A stretch of DNA of 62,939 nucleotides, counting the filler, from Folioceros fuciformis (lineage: Eukaryota), in the NCBI GenBank assembly GCA_049999805.1. It is 15 parts of 15 records of this genome, joined end to end, with 100 filler letters (N's around TTAATTAATTAA, not from the genome) between each part and the next. Parts side by side here need not be neighbours in the genome. Positions count along the whole stretch, not along the records: positions 4,913 to 12,550 come from JBNGIO010000451.1; positions 12,651 to 23,157 come from JBNGIO010000452.1; 13 more parts are not named here. One strand, given 5' to 3'. Of this stretch, positions 11,000-23,257 are shown one piece after another; the first letter of the stretch is position 1; each line of letters starts with the position of its first letter. The position numbers were made by a program, and so were the translations under genes. A model generated the notes under the pieces. It was not told the DNA's origin. It saw nothing but the letters and a program-made list of their open reading frames with translations, and made no database searches.

Positions 11000-12330
11000 T
11001 GTCATATCCCCATTGAGATAGCATTAATGGTTCGATCGCCTCCAAGCCTAAGTGTTTTTGTTTGTGTCTCAACGAATGCGTTGCTACCGACTACGTCTGT
11101 CTACAGTGTTTGGTATCCGAGAGGGGATTTAAGGAAAACTTGTAGTAGATAAGGGGGCATGCCGTCAATTTTAGGTTTACTTATGCCTTGTTTCAACACT
11201 TCCTAGCATAGACAACGTTCAACCTTGACATAGGGAATAACTTTATAGTGAGAGAGGGTGTTTCAGCATGTCATTGAAAACTATGTGATGTGAACGATTT
11301 GTCGTCAAAACCATTATGTCTTTGTGGTAGTTGGTGATTGAGACTAGATGTTCTTATTTTGGCTACAAATTGTAGATCATTCTATATATGTGGATGTGTT
11401 GTGAGGACATATAGTAGATGATGATTAAAATAGAGAACAAGGTAGGCATGCGAATAAGGGAAATGGACCAATGAGGGTACGTGTTGGGGGTCCGTAATCA
11501 TAGTTCTATATTTTGTGGGTAAATAATTTGGAAGGAAATTTAGATATAAACTCCCTTCTAGAGTATCTAAACTCCTTTCCAATTTTTGGCATTGTCCAAA
11601 AGAGGAATGATAGAAGGCTACTAGGGAGGTCGAGATAGCTAACATGATCGTTCTACAGCTAAGACTACCGGGACTCCTGAGACTACCTCAACTACTTATG
11701 CTCAAACGCAAGAGGGAAGGAGGGAAAGTTGTGGGGTCCCCCTCGACGACCCTGGGAGCCACTTGGCGCGTTGCCCTATCGGCGGGCAACACATCGCCAC
11801 CCATAATGCAGTGAGGGACGTTATGTTTTCTTTGGCCAAGGAGGGTGATTTCTTCTCCTACAAGAAGCACCCATATACCCTGCTCAACGGCGTCTCCCTC
11901 ATTGCAGACCTTTTCCTAACCAAGGGAGACCAAGTTTCTATAGTGGATGTGGTTATCACAGACCCAACTCGAACAACCATCAGCGAGCACGTCGTTATTA
12001 ACCCCCTTGGTTGGGCGCCAGAAGGAAGTGCAACAAGGAAGACTTGCAAGTACAGCCCCATGCAGCAGGGCCACTTCCTCATCCCCCTTGCTATTGAAAT
12101 GCACGGGGCCATGGGTAAGGATTTTTCCAGGTTTTTGAAGACTTGCGCGAAGGCCCATCACATTAGCAGGAGCAGTGTAGGGCTTCACTTATTTGGCATG
12201 GTGGCATTTTTCCGCAACGGGTTTCGAGTGCGCTACAAAAGGCCTTGGCAAACACGATTTTTTGGACAACATCAAGCGCGGCGGATGTGGCTTCAACAAC
12301 CCCAGTGGTAAGTAGGCCATACCTTGTACC
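11000..12330 (+). mobile_element. Degenerate non-LTR retrotransposon with restriction-like endonuclease (CRE-like)
   Basis: RT remnant FNLDIGNNF (~11220), zinc-knuckle remnant SCGVPLDDPGSHLARC, HNAVRD, ADL..IVDVVITDP, K..KY, FLIPLAIEMHG, and terminal RVSSALQKALAN after a frameshift. The 5' boundary is approximate. Confidence 0.75.
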
Positions 12331-12650
12331 TGAATACAATGTCTTGGGGGCGATAGGGAGTTACACGCTAGGCAGACGAGTGGGCTAGGCCCCCTATTCT
12401 TGACTTTTCCCCATTACGGGTTGTTCCCCTTATCACGGGGTAGATGGAACTTCCATCTCTTTATTTCTATAAAGCCTTCATATTCTAAGTACAAGAAGGA
12501 AGGTAAGGCAAGTTTGCATTCATAGCTTTCATTTTCTCTTAGCACAATATNNNNNNNNNNNNNNNNNNNNNNNNNNNNNNNNNNNNNNNNNNNNTTAATT
12601 AATTAANNNNNNNNNNNNNNNNNNNNNNNNNNNNNNNNNNNNNNNNNNNN

Positions 12651-15540
12651 GACCTCCTGTCCAGCAACGGCCATTGCTAGGTCCCTGCAAGATTCATTTG
12701 GAGGGGCATCCTGCGTTATGCCTGTTGTTGATGATAAATCACGTATGGTTCATACTTACTTCCTCCGCCTCAAGAGTGAGGCCTTTGACAAGTCCAGGGA
12801 ATTCCATGCGATGGCTGAACTTTAGACTGGTTGCAAGCTTAAGTGCGTACGCTCGGATGGAGGAGGCGAGTTTATGTCTGGTGAATTCAATTCCTATCTC
12901 TCTGACAGAGGAATCACTCGACAAGTGACCGTTCCCTATGCTCACGCACAAAATGGGGTGGCCGAGAATTGCAACCGACATCTGCAGAAGATGGCTAGGG
13001 TTATGTTGGCTCACTCCAATCTATCACGTGGCTACTGGGCTGAGGTAGTTTCTACTGCTACACACTTGGTGAATCGCTTGCCCACATCTTCACTAGTCGA
13101 CACCACACCTTTTGCGCTTTGGAGTTGCACCAAGCCCTCCTTGTCCCACCTTCGCGTGTTTGGGTCAGAAAGCTACTCTTGGATTCCCAAGGAGAAGTGC
13201 CATGCTTATGATCCCAAGACTACTAAATTTGATCCCTGAGCGCAGAAGCTCGTATTTGTTGGATATATGGATGGAGTAAAAGGCTACAAGCTCATTCACC
13301 CACACTCACATCCGGTTACAATCTCTCGAAGTGTTTATGTACGTGAACACCTGGACCACCCTTCCAGTCTCCCAAGAGATAGCAGGAGTATCATAGGCTC
13401 CTACCCTGACCTTGATTTCCCCGATCGCAATGTGGAGGAGGAAATTGAGATAGAGATCAATCGGCACCAAGTCGCTCAACCGGGACTCCTGCCGGTAGCG
13501 TGGACTCCCGTGCACCAACCCCTTGCTCAAGCGGATCCATTGCTCTCTCAAGTCATCTATGCACCAGGAGACTTGGACGTTCAAGCTCCAAATCCAGTTG
13601 CAGTACAACCTCCACCAGCTGCAACCATCATTCCGGAGAGGCGCCAATCTACCAGAGTTCGTAGATGCCCCGCCTATCTGGATGCCTACCATGTCCCAGG
13701 AGATACTCCTCAGCAACCCATCATTGCAGAAGTTGCTCCTGACGTTCCTGAAATTGATAACACGCCTGCAGAGACAAGCACTGAGATTGATGCCCTGGAT
13801 AATCTCATGGCAAGAGCAATGCTTGCTACAACCCATGTGCTTGAGCCTGCAAGCCTAGAGGAAGCTCTTAGATCACCTGATAAGGAAGGATGGATGAAGG
13901 CAATCCAACAAGAATATGATTCTCTTATTGAATTAAAGACATGGGTGCTCACCCCACTCCCTCCTGGTTGCAAGGCAATTAAATGTAAGTGGACATTCAA
14001 ACGTAAGCTGAAGTCCAAAGTAACCACTGAGAGACTCAAAGCACGGCTCGTGATCAAGGGCTATAGTCAAAGGCCCGGCCTCGACTATGGAGATAACATC
14101 TACGCACCTGTGGTGGCCGCTCAATTTGTTAGATTCCTCCTAGCAATTGCGGTTGAGCACGACCTTGATGTGCATCAACTCGACATTTCAATAGCCTTCC
14201 TCTATGCCACACTAAAGGAGGAAATTTATATGGAGCAACCACCAATGTACGTGGATCCCAAGAGACCTACTTGGGTTTGCAAGCTACTCAAGGGACTATA
14301 CGGCCTTAAGCAAGCACCAGCTGAATTTTATTTGGTGGTTGACGGTCACCTCATTCGATTCGGCTTTATCAAGACCTTAGCAGATCAGAACTTATACTTG
14401 CTGCGAAGGGGAGACAAGTTCTTGGCACTGGCCTCATATGTAGAGCCCGTCGAGACAGAGAGGCAGGCACGCTATCTTTGCTCCAGTCGAATTACGTTCT
14501 TGAAATTTTAGATAAGTTCAAGCTCTCAAATGCTCGGTCTGCTCCAACACCACTTCCAGCCGGAGTCAAGCTCACCTTAGCCGATTGCCCTACAACTGAA
14601 GTAGAAAAGGAGGACATGGCCAAGGTGCCTTATCTTAGTGTTGTTGGCAATCTCATCTATCTTCATGGCTGGACACGCTACGACATTTCCTATGTTGCAT
14701 CTAGTGTAGTGCAATTCATGTCTAATCTTGGCAAGGCACACTAGATGTGTGTGAAGCGAATCTACCGTTATCTGAAGGGTATGACTCATCTTTGGAATCA
14801 CCTACAAGAGGTCAAGTGATGGAGTGCTTAACTTCGAGGGCTGGTCTGATGCCGACTGGGCATTCGACCCCGATGCTCATCGAAGCGTTGCGGCCTATGT
14901 CTTCACCTTGGGAGGATCAGCTGTGTCATGGTCAAGCAAGAAGCTTGCCACGATTTCCACATCAAGCACTGAAAGTGAATATGGAGCCTTTTCCAAGGTT
15001 GGAAAAGAAATCGTACACTGCAGGCAAATCCTTGAAGACCTCGGCTACCCACAAGCAAATCCTACTGTCCTGCATTGTGATCACATTGCAGCCATTGCCT
15101 TAACCAAGGGTGATAGATTCCATGCTAGGACAAAGCATATAGAACTTGCTTATCACTTTGTCAGGCAGCTTGCAGCTAGAGGCACCATCAAGCTCCTATA
15201 TGTTCCTACGGAGTTCAATCTAGCTGACCTCCGCACTAAGTCGCTAGACAAAGCTAGGCATGAAACACTTACCTCTGCCTTAGGCCTCGCGAACTTCAGG
15301 AGTCCATCTGATCCCACATCAAGTACAAGGATGGATGCTAGAGCTGAGCGGGAGTAATGAAGTGACAGTCCAAGACCATAGCTGAACCGTCACCAACATC
15401 TCTACATCCAAGAGGCATCAACCATACACACCAACCGACGCATCTGTTTGCATAGCACCCTGCACAGACACAAGAACCAACATGAACACTAATTAATTCT
15501 TAGACTGAATGAAAACATGAATATATCTGAAACTTTTCCC
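12651..15540 (+). mobile_element. Ty1/copia pol (integrase-RT-RNase H), decayed, with PPT and probable start of 3' LTR
   Basis: VRSDGGGEF, QNGVAE, WAEVVSTATHLVNRLP, KARLVIKGYSQ, LYGLKQAP, WSDADWA and RTKHIELAYHFVR in copia INT-RT-RH order. Contains frameshifts and stops. Purine tract CTGAGCGGGAG at ~15344. Confidence 0.92.
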
Positions 15541-15564
15541 AGTTCGCAGCTATCAGCCTCATCA

Positions 15565-17013
15565 GCACCACCAATTTGGAAATGCCAAAATTTGCAACCT
15601 TGGCATTAAGCTACCATTCAGCAAAATGTTAGCCGACTTCACATCTCCGTGGACAATGAAAGGTTGCACGAACACGTGTAAGAATTCCAGTTCCTTGGCA
15701 ATCTGGATAGCGATCTTAAGCCTTAGTGCGTTGGCCCTGACGAGCTCATGTCAATCGTCAGGACATCGTCAAGACATTCCTTGTACACCGTGCCGTATCC
15801 CCCTTCTTCAAGCACGGTGGCTTGAGAGAAATTTATGTTGCCTTCCGCAACTCTCGGTACTGGAAGAAACCGGAACATGCCGCTATAAGCTCCAGCACGT
15901 GAAAATACCCGGGCTGCGCGGACTTGGAAATTGTCCGTACTGCGGGCGCTCTGCCCGCAGAAATTGTCTATACTGCGGGTACTGCGGGGACGACGGGGGC
16001 TGCGGGGTCTGCCGGCAACGCTGGCACTGGAGGCACTGCAGGGACGACGGGGGTTGCGGGCTCTGCGGGCAACGCTGGCACTGGAGACACTGAGGGCTGT
16101 GGGGTCACTGGGGGTGCAGAAATGGGAGGGGCAACCCCTGGCACCCGCAAGGTCCGGTGAGGGTCGGTTCGACCCAAATAACAGCAGGCTACCAGAACCA
16201 TTAAACAGCCAATTGATACCACGGCGCAGATGATATAATCAGCTGCGGGAAAGAAAGCACAAGGATCGTGCACGATGAGTAAACATGCTATCTTGGGGCT
16301 TGCAGTTCATACCAGGCTACTGTTGAGCTTCACGCTGCTTACCTGTAGAAAGTTCGCTCGTCTGAGGAGAGAAGGCCCCTGCATTAATCATCAGAGATGT
16401 CATCAGAAAGCTTCAACTCTAAACTTCAAGTACTGCACATCAGGAGCTTACATCGGCTTGAGCAACCACAATCAAGAGCTGCCAGGAGAGCATCTCACAG
16501 ATTGGAATATAGCCTTGTGCAAGGCACTCGGATTGAAACCAGAGGAGGATTAGTGTCCACCACATCCAGGAAGTGAGCAGCGACTGCCCCATAGATGCCC
16601 TTCTGCACAAGCGGCTGCACCCTGAGGCTGGATGCCTGTCCTCGTAGTGCCACGCAAAACCGAGTTCAAGCAATGTTTCCACGACTTTCTCGAGCTATGG
16701 ACCTCTGGATCCCAGAAGATGTATCTCAGCTCAGGTTCTGCTGCCATACCAAGTACCGGGGCTTGCATTCCTTTGTTATATAGAGCACCAGACTTCAAAC
16801 AGAAGGGATCAGGCGAGGACAACTTGGATACGTAGAGATGCCGTACCCAAGGGGATATGGGATGAGACCTTTTAATATTATTATTATCATTAATATGCCC
16901 ACGCCGTGGGGCCTCTGGTCACGGCATCCGCCACAAGGCACCAGGTAAGGATGGGTTGCTGTATATGATAATATATATGCTGTATGGTGTACAACGATGG
17001 AGCCGGATGCCAC
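15565..17013 (-). pseudogene. Decayed WAK-like/LRK10L receptor kinase (non-RD)
   Basis: Minus-strand pieces in the expected order: IPYPLGYG..C (GUB_WAK-like), LLELGFAWHY..C..C (WAK-assoc-like), TM IICAVVSIGCLMVLVACCYL, FQYRELRKAT/NFSQATVLEEGGYGTVYK, and RLKIAIQIAKELEFLH..IVHGDVKSANILL/AKVANFGISKL. Frameshifted, with subdomains II-V deleted. Confidence 0.75.
15981..16088. repeat. Two-copy 54-bp GC-rich tandem repeat
   Basis: ACTGCGGGGACGACGGGGGCTGCGG...GGCACTGGAGGC is repeated at 16035. It encodes a Pro/Ala/Val juxtamembrane repeat on the minus strand. Confidence 0.85.
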
Positions 17014-17197
17014 CCTTCTTTTTCTATGACTTTATATGCCCCTAGCCGTGGGGCCTCTCGGTTGCCCTTGGCTCCAGATCCAGGCCCTTAAACGAGGCCA
17101 ATTCCGCCCTTTGTTCACAGCCTTACCTGGGTGTAGCGTGTCCCAATTACGAATGTGAAGTCTTACAAAGTCACTCCGGCAAAGTCAATTTCATGAA

Positions 17198-18285
17198 AAG
17201 TCAGACCCCTCTAATTGGGAACAATTGGGAGTAGCAAAAATCGTCCCATTGGGTTCCGTTTAGGCTTTTTCATCTTTTTTTGAAAATAAAAATATTTAAA
17301 AAATAAAAAAAATCCTTTAAATAAATTTTTTGAAAGAGCTTAAAAGCTTCCAAAAAATCCAAAATGCTCCCTCATACTACATAGCTGTCAACCTAATTCT
17401 GGTTTGCCGGGTTAAAATAATCATCAATCCTTGATGCTGAGTTGCCTGGTTAAAATAATCATCAATCCTTGATGCTGAGTTGCTTTCATCCAATGACTAA
17501 CAATATATTTTTCCAACTGAGAATGCAACTTCAAAGCATAAGAGTGTTATGTGGCATCTCTTCCAGAAACATCCTCTTTGTTTTGTTGCTTTGTTTTGTT
17601 GCTTTGTTAGGGTAGCATGCTTGCGCGGCGCATTGGGTGGCATTGTTCCTACACATCAAAGAGAATGGGTAAGGAACACATACAAAATATTTCACAGCAA
17701 GATAACAACTTACAACACCATAACACAACTTACAACACCATAAGACAACTTGTACAATGAAACAACTTATGTACTAAGAACAATGCTTCTGATCACAAAG
17801 CATACTACATATATATAGGCCGAATCTCGATGACTATCTATGTTTTATGATATAATCTAGATAGCCTTTACCAATCTCGATGACTATCTATGGCCCAATC
17901 TCAATGACTATCTATGTGTTTTATGATTATATATCTATGTGTTTTATGATATAATCTAGATAGCCTTTAACTTGACATAATCTCAATAACTCATTATTTA
18001 ATAGTCCAATCTCGATGACTAACTCATTATTTAATAGCCCAATCTCCATGACTATTTATGTTTTATGATATAATTTACATAGCCTTTAACTTGACAAAAT
18101 CTTAATAACTCATTATTTAATCTCGATAAGATAATTTTCTCAATTCTTTTTATTTTTTTTAAATATATATTTTCTTTTAGAAAAATATATTTATATTAAA
18201 TGTTTGTAAAATATGTTATCATTCATAAATTAGACGTTCTATTTAAAGGGGTTCCATAGGGGTCCCAATCAGAGGGGTTTGACTG
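17198..18285. mobile_element. Non-autonomous Tc1/mariner (pogo-like) DNA transposon, ~1.09 kb
   Basis: Left (A)AGTCAGACCCCTCTAATTGGGA versus reverse complement of the right end CAGTCAAACCCCTCTGATTGGGA (20/23 identical). TA follows the right end. The AT-rich interior has a 38-bp duplication (17410-17483) and degenerate AATCTCGATGACTA repeats. Confidence 0.7.
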
Positions 18286-18539
18286 TATGTGGCTCCTCCC
18301 AGCCTCTCGGTTCTTCGTTCTTCGTTCTTCGTTCTGCAAAGACTTCGCCATAAGCTTAGTGGGGGTGGAACTTGGAGGATGCAGGCCGGGGTAGGTGGTC
18401 CCAGCTGCATGCGCGCGCTAGGGCTGCGGAAAAGTGGTGGGGGCCAGGAGTCCTATGCGCCGCACATGCTAGACTAAGAGTTATTCAACTGTTTGCAAGA
18501 TTTTCGTAACTTCTTTGGGAGAATGCTCCCCACACATCG

Positions 18540-20290
18540 TCAAGTGTGCTGGTCGAGCACACCCACTGCTATCCCATCTTGGGAAGACGTCAGTGCTCTT
18601 TCGAGGATTGTACTCTGTATTAGGTTAGCAGTGCGAAGAAGAGAGTCTAAGCTGCAGCAGAGAGGAGTGACGGTGGAAGACACAGGTACCGCTTCCAATG
18701 GTCAGTCCGTGCTGGAAGCTGGACACAGAAACACGGGACACGAGCCTGCTCCCGTCCATCGGAGTCCCCCAGCTGCAGGTGACTAACTGCACCGTGACGG
18801 TGGCCCGGGATACCCACCTTACCTTCCTTTCGTCCGGCTGGCTGATCATCAGGAATTTTCTGGTACAGGTCTATCCTTTGGGTAAGGTGGCGCTCCTGTC
18901 AACTGGAGACGAGTTGGTGGATCTGTTCACGGCCTGAAGCGGTTCCGCAAGCCTTACACACTGCCATCGCCTCTGACGCGCATATTCTCGTCAGGTCTGG
19001 AGTAGGGTTGATGCTTGGCAAGGAGTTTGTCATCCTTGTATTTACACGAGTTGGTGGATCCGTTCAAGGCCTCCGCCCCAAGGAGCGGTATAGTTTGCGA
19101 CTTACCCTCCATAGACCCACGTCCGGTCACCTCTGCGGGACGAGTTCAAAACCGTGCTGCTTGCTGCAGATTCGTGAGTCCATGAAAGCGATGTTAGCGC
19201 CTGCTTGTGCCGACCTTGGATGCCCCGTGCTGGATTTGGGCATTGGAGGCGACCGCCCAGAAGCAGTTAGGCAAGCGGTACACACTGCCATCGCCTCAAA
19301 CGCGAATATTCTCGTCAGGTCTGGAGGGGTGCTGATGCTCGTCAAGGAGTGTGTGATGCCCGTACATATGTTCTGCAGGAATCGGGCGAACTGCACTTTG
19401 AACGGGAGCAAAACCGATCACTTTTGTGCTTCTCTGTTTGCACTTCTTGCCACAGGCACATTTCGCACTCACATTTTGCATGTTCTTGTGCAGGTGCTGC
19501 TGAAACCTGCAAAGCCCATGACTTTTGCATCCATCGAGAGGAAAGCCGGGTGGGGTACCGCGTGCCATACGGCAGATGGCGGGCTGGTTGCATCCTCACC
19601 TCTTCAGGTCCAAGGCTCCCAGTCCCGGCTCTCTTCTTTGCTCACACTCTTCAGTCACTCGTCCAATAGTTTGTGATGAATTTGGAGTGTTGTCACCGCA
19701 GAGTACAAGTCACGACGTTGTATCCTATGAAGATAGACCCTCAAAGGCCTGAGCATAACCGGGCGGTCATTCGATGGAGTGCTGGCTCTGGCCCGTCTGC
19801 AGCTGGGTTCGTGCTTTGGTTTTCCTCCCTTGGGTGTGTTTTTCTTTCGATATCGCTTGAAGGACGCCACTCAACTTGGGCCCCGCCCCGTTGCCTTGTG
19901 ATTCAGTGGAGAACACAGGGGCCCAAGCTAGCAGCCGTCTCCTTAGCATCAAAGGCAACGCACTGGTGGATCTTCCTCAGTCATATGGAATTCTTCCAGC
20001 CTGAACTTGACTTGTGCTGGCCCTTCTTATCTCTAATCGTTCTGGAGGCATTCCTCCGGTTGATTTCTCTGCCTCAGAAACTCCACACCACTCGCCGTCT
20101 GAAGGATTGTGGGGCCGGCGCCGAAAACAGAGGCAGCTCATGACGTCAGGGCCTCACTATTCAAGTCCGGAGAGTCCACCTTACGTGACTGTGAACATCA
20201 CGTTTGTCACCGTTGCAAAACCAGGTATCGTGACAGCGCTTTCCACAGCCACGCTGACTGCGGACTCTCTCGGGTTGCTCCGGTTGTGAA
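18540..20290 (+). pseudogene. CNX1: Decayed molybdopterin biosynthesis CNX1 (MoeA/E-domain plus start of G-domain)
   Basis: KVALLSTGDELVD, IRESMKAML..VLDLGIGGD, ILVRSGGV, VLLKPAKPMTFA, DPQRPEHNRAVIRW and ENTGAQASSRLLS in order, with introns. The PGNP motif is absent, and there are frameshifts and an internal ~100-bp duplication (18938 versus 19261). Confidence 0.8.
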
Positions 20291-21051
20291 ATGGAGGAAG
20301 CTTGTTTTCTAGATCTGGCTTGGCGATCGATGCTGCTCCTTGCGGTGTGTGCAATGCATTCGCCATGCGGTGGATACTGACGTGGAATTTTTACCGCGTC
20401 CACTACGCTTGGTTTCTTCCACAGCGACGACGAAAATCTGGAAAATAGCTGTAAGGGCTACTGTGAGGGACCTTGTTGCAAGGAGTGAACCCACCTCAGA
20501 CAACAGGATACTTGAGTGAAGCTGTATGAATGCTGTGTGTACCAATGTCGTATCAATGCTTCCTGTGAAATGTTGTACGCAACTGCAACTTTGAACTTCC
20601 CACGTTTACTCCTCTACGAAGAGTACAATATTCCCTATTACTCAACAGACTAAAATTCCGAAGATGTAGTCGAATTCCCAGGAGAACCGGAGATTTGAGG
20701 GGTTACATCAACCTACTGCTGCAAGAAAGGAACCTGCCTTCAAGAAACAACACACTTCCACTCAGATATGCCAGTAGAAGCTACAGTAAGTGCACAGCGC
20801 TGCTAAGGAATTACTCCAAGTGAGGCATTGTCAGAAGCACAGGAACACTCTGAACTGGAACTAACTTCCACGGGCCCCACAGTCGAACCATGTTGCGAAT
20901 CGGCAGGAAGATGAGCCCTTCCGGATACTTATCGACTTTTTGAAAAGAGCTCACATTGTCCTTCATCCTGCCAAACGTCCAACAAGAGAAGCCCATTTCA
21001 AGCATGCTCACTGGCAATATCGCAGTCCCTCGCATAGAAATTTCTCAGACC

Positions 21052-21961
21052 TCAAATGCCTCCGAATTCATCGTCATCGTCGTTAGATATGTGCCTGTCA
21101 CGCTCTTGCTCCTGCTGCTGCCTTTTTCATCTCGTCTCTGCGTTCTCCAGCTCCTCCTTATGAACATGAGGTGGAAACCCAAATGACTTTACTACCTCGT
21201 TCTGAGTGTTCAGACAAAAGGCAATCCGTGAGTGCAAAGCCTGTTGGGGCTCCTGGGTAGAGTAGATATCACCTGTTTCTTTTGATTGCATCCATCCATT
21301 AGCATCATGAAGAGCAGCATCAATTCCCCCACCACGGATGCCCTTTGCCACAATGAGTTCTCCACCAGCAACTGTCTATGGGCATCCAGATGTAGCTTGG
21401 CAGCTACACGTCAGCAAGTGATATCCGTGAGTACGATATGCTGAAATTCCGAAGCCCAGACTCGATCCCGTTATGCCGGAGTCCGACAATCAAATTCTGT
21501 GTTGTACTTCAAGAAAACACCAGCATACCTCTCTGCAGTAGAGCGAAACTGCTCCAGGTCCCCGATGCGAACGGCCTTCAGATCGTGACACTCATAAGGC
21601 CTTCAGATCGTGACACTCATAAGGCCATCAGATCTCAGCTTAAGACTGCAACATTACGTGAACACAGAGAGTGAAGACAATACAACGACAACAAAGCTTG
21701 AGACCATGGACACACATGTGTGAGCTCAAAGTAGCGTCGCAGAGCCCACTTCAACCCAGGCCGCATGAATGTTGTGCTCTCTGGAATCTCTCCCAGTAGA
21801 AGCCTCACAATGGCAGACCTTTTATTGCACTGAATCTGAAAGGCCCTTGATGTGCTTGGTGCCTTCCTAGCAGCTTGAAGGATGCACTCTCTGGCATCTG
21901 TATATTCCAACTGAACGGTCCTTATCTTTCCCAGGTAATACAGGTACCGACAAAGGTGCAA
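21052..21961 (-). pseudogene. RPN3: Decayed 3' half of 26S proteasome regulatory subunit RPN3/PSMD3
   Basis: CRYLYYLGKIRTVQLEYTDA..QAARKAP, IVRLLLGEIPE, AVRIGDLEQF, SISYSRISL, SKETGDIYSTQEPQ..RIAFCLN and acidic end DDDDEF. Has frameshifts and a stop, plus a 25-bp tandem duplication at 21573-21634 at the intron acceptor. Confidence 0.88.
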
Positions 21962-22950
21962 CTCTAGTTACAGCTAGATACTGTAATACTGGAAAAGGTC
22001 ATGTGACCACTGCATCTCATCCGGCAGCACCGCGGCCAAGCAGCGGGCCGCCCAAGTGCGGCTGTGGCTGCCTGATCCCGCGGCGAGCTACAGCTCCGTG
22101 GGCCAAAAAATTGATCACAATATACAGGGTTCAATTTGAACTGTACCTCATGTTGTGCGTAGATGTACATCAGATGTGCACATCCAGTGTGCCCTACTAG
22201 GATTGTGCAATGCTAGAGGTCGCATACTATATGTCAGAGTGTGTCCAGCCATGTACGTTCATTAGGTAGCTAACTGCCCTAATGTAGGACACTTAAGCCA
22301 TGTTTGCTTTCTCCACTTCACTCGTAGCACAGTCTTATGAGTCCAACAATGTACTTACAATAAGTAGCTAACTGCATATGCGTAGGGCACTTTAGTCATA
22401 TCCGCTTTCTTCACTTCAGTAGTAGTGCAGACTTGTGAGGTAATCTTACAATAGATTTGAAGAGGCTATATGTCTTGCATATTAAATCTGGCAAATAGAA
22501 TGCTTTTGATATTCACAAGTAGTTTTTTTGGATCATTTGTCAATAGGATGTAGTCGTTGACATTCAAGGGTGGTATTAAAAAAAAATGTCTCCTTTACAA
22601 GCAAAGCACGAGGACTAGTTGTGATAGGCATTATGGTCTTTACGAAGCTCTAGTCAAGAAGAAGGGTGTCATTCTACTCACAAAACTGTGCTAGCTATAG
22701 TTTACGGGTATATAAACCCTTGAGCAACTTGCACACCTATGAAGGCCTCTTGCCATCAAGATAGCTACTCCGTGCAGGTAGTTTTCTTTCCTATCGTAAA
22801 GAGGAATATGATTGTAGCGAGCATCACTCTAGCCATGGTGAAGGGGTTTAAGATACACTTAAATTTAAGCCCTAAGAGGAATTAATCCCAACGAGCTTGT
22901 CAAATGCATCGGCTTCCTGGATGATTACTACATCTCAAGCCCTATTGCAA

Positions 22951-23157
22951 CTTCTAAAAGCTTGGTTCAATGACTATCAATGCTTCTAAGATTGACACAC
23001 CTTCTAAAAGCTTGGTTCAATGACTATCAATGCTTCTAAGATTGACACACCTTCTAAAAGCTTGGTTCAATGACTATCAATGCTTCTAAGATTGACACAC
23101 CTTCTAAAAGCTTGGTTCAATGACTATCAATGCTTCTAAGATTGACACACCTTCTAA
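22951..23157. repeat. Perfect 50-bp tandem repeat, more than 4 copies, running into contig end
   Basis: CTTCTAAAAGCTTGGTTCAATGACTATCAATGCTTCTAAGATTGACACAC is identical at 22951, 23001, 23051 and 23101, with a partial copy at 23151. Confidence 0.97.
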
Positions 23158-23257
23158 NNNNNNNNNNNNNNNNNNNNNNNNNNNNNNNNNNNNNNNNNNN
23201 NTTAATTAATTAANNNNNNNNNNNNNNNNNNNNNNNNNNNNNNNNNNNNNNNNNNNN

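Noticed and set aside
15626..16093. Cys-rich plus-strand ORF (CPYCG..CLYCGYC..CGVC) resembling a zinc finger or metallothionein
   Set aside because: It is the antisense reading of the kinase pseudogene and its 54-bp repeat.
17360..17485. Possible pogo transposase remnants (NAPS, LDA) inside the MITE
   Set aside because: Too short and frameshifted to distinguish from chance.
20811..21035. 74-aa minus-strand ORF downstream of the RPN3 remnant
   Set aside because: No recognisable motif. It could be another captured fragment but this is unsupported.
22951..23157. 50-bp repeat as a CRISPR array
   Set aside because: Head-to-tail identical units with no spacers, no cas genes, and a eukaryotic context.
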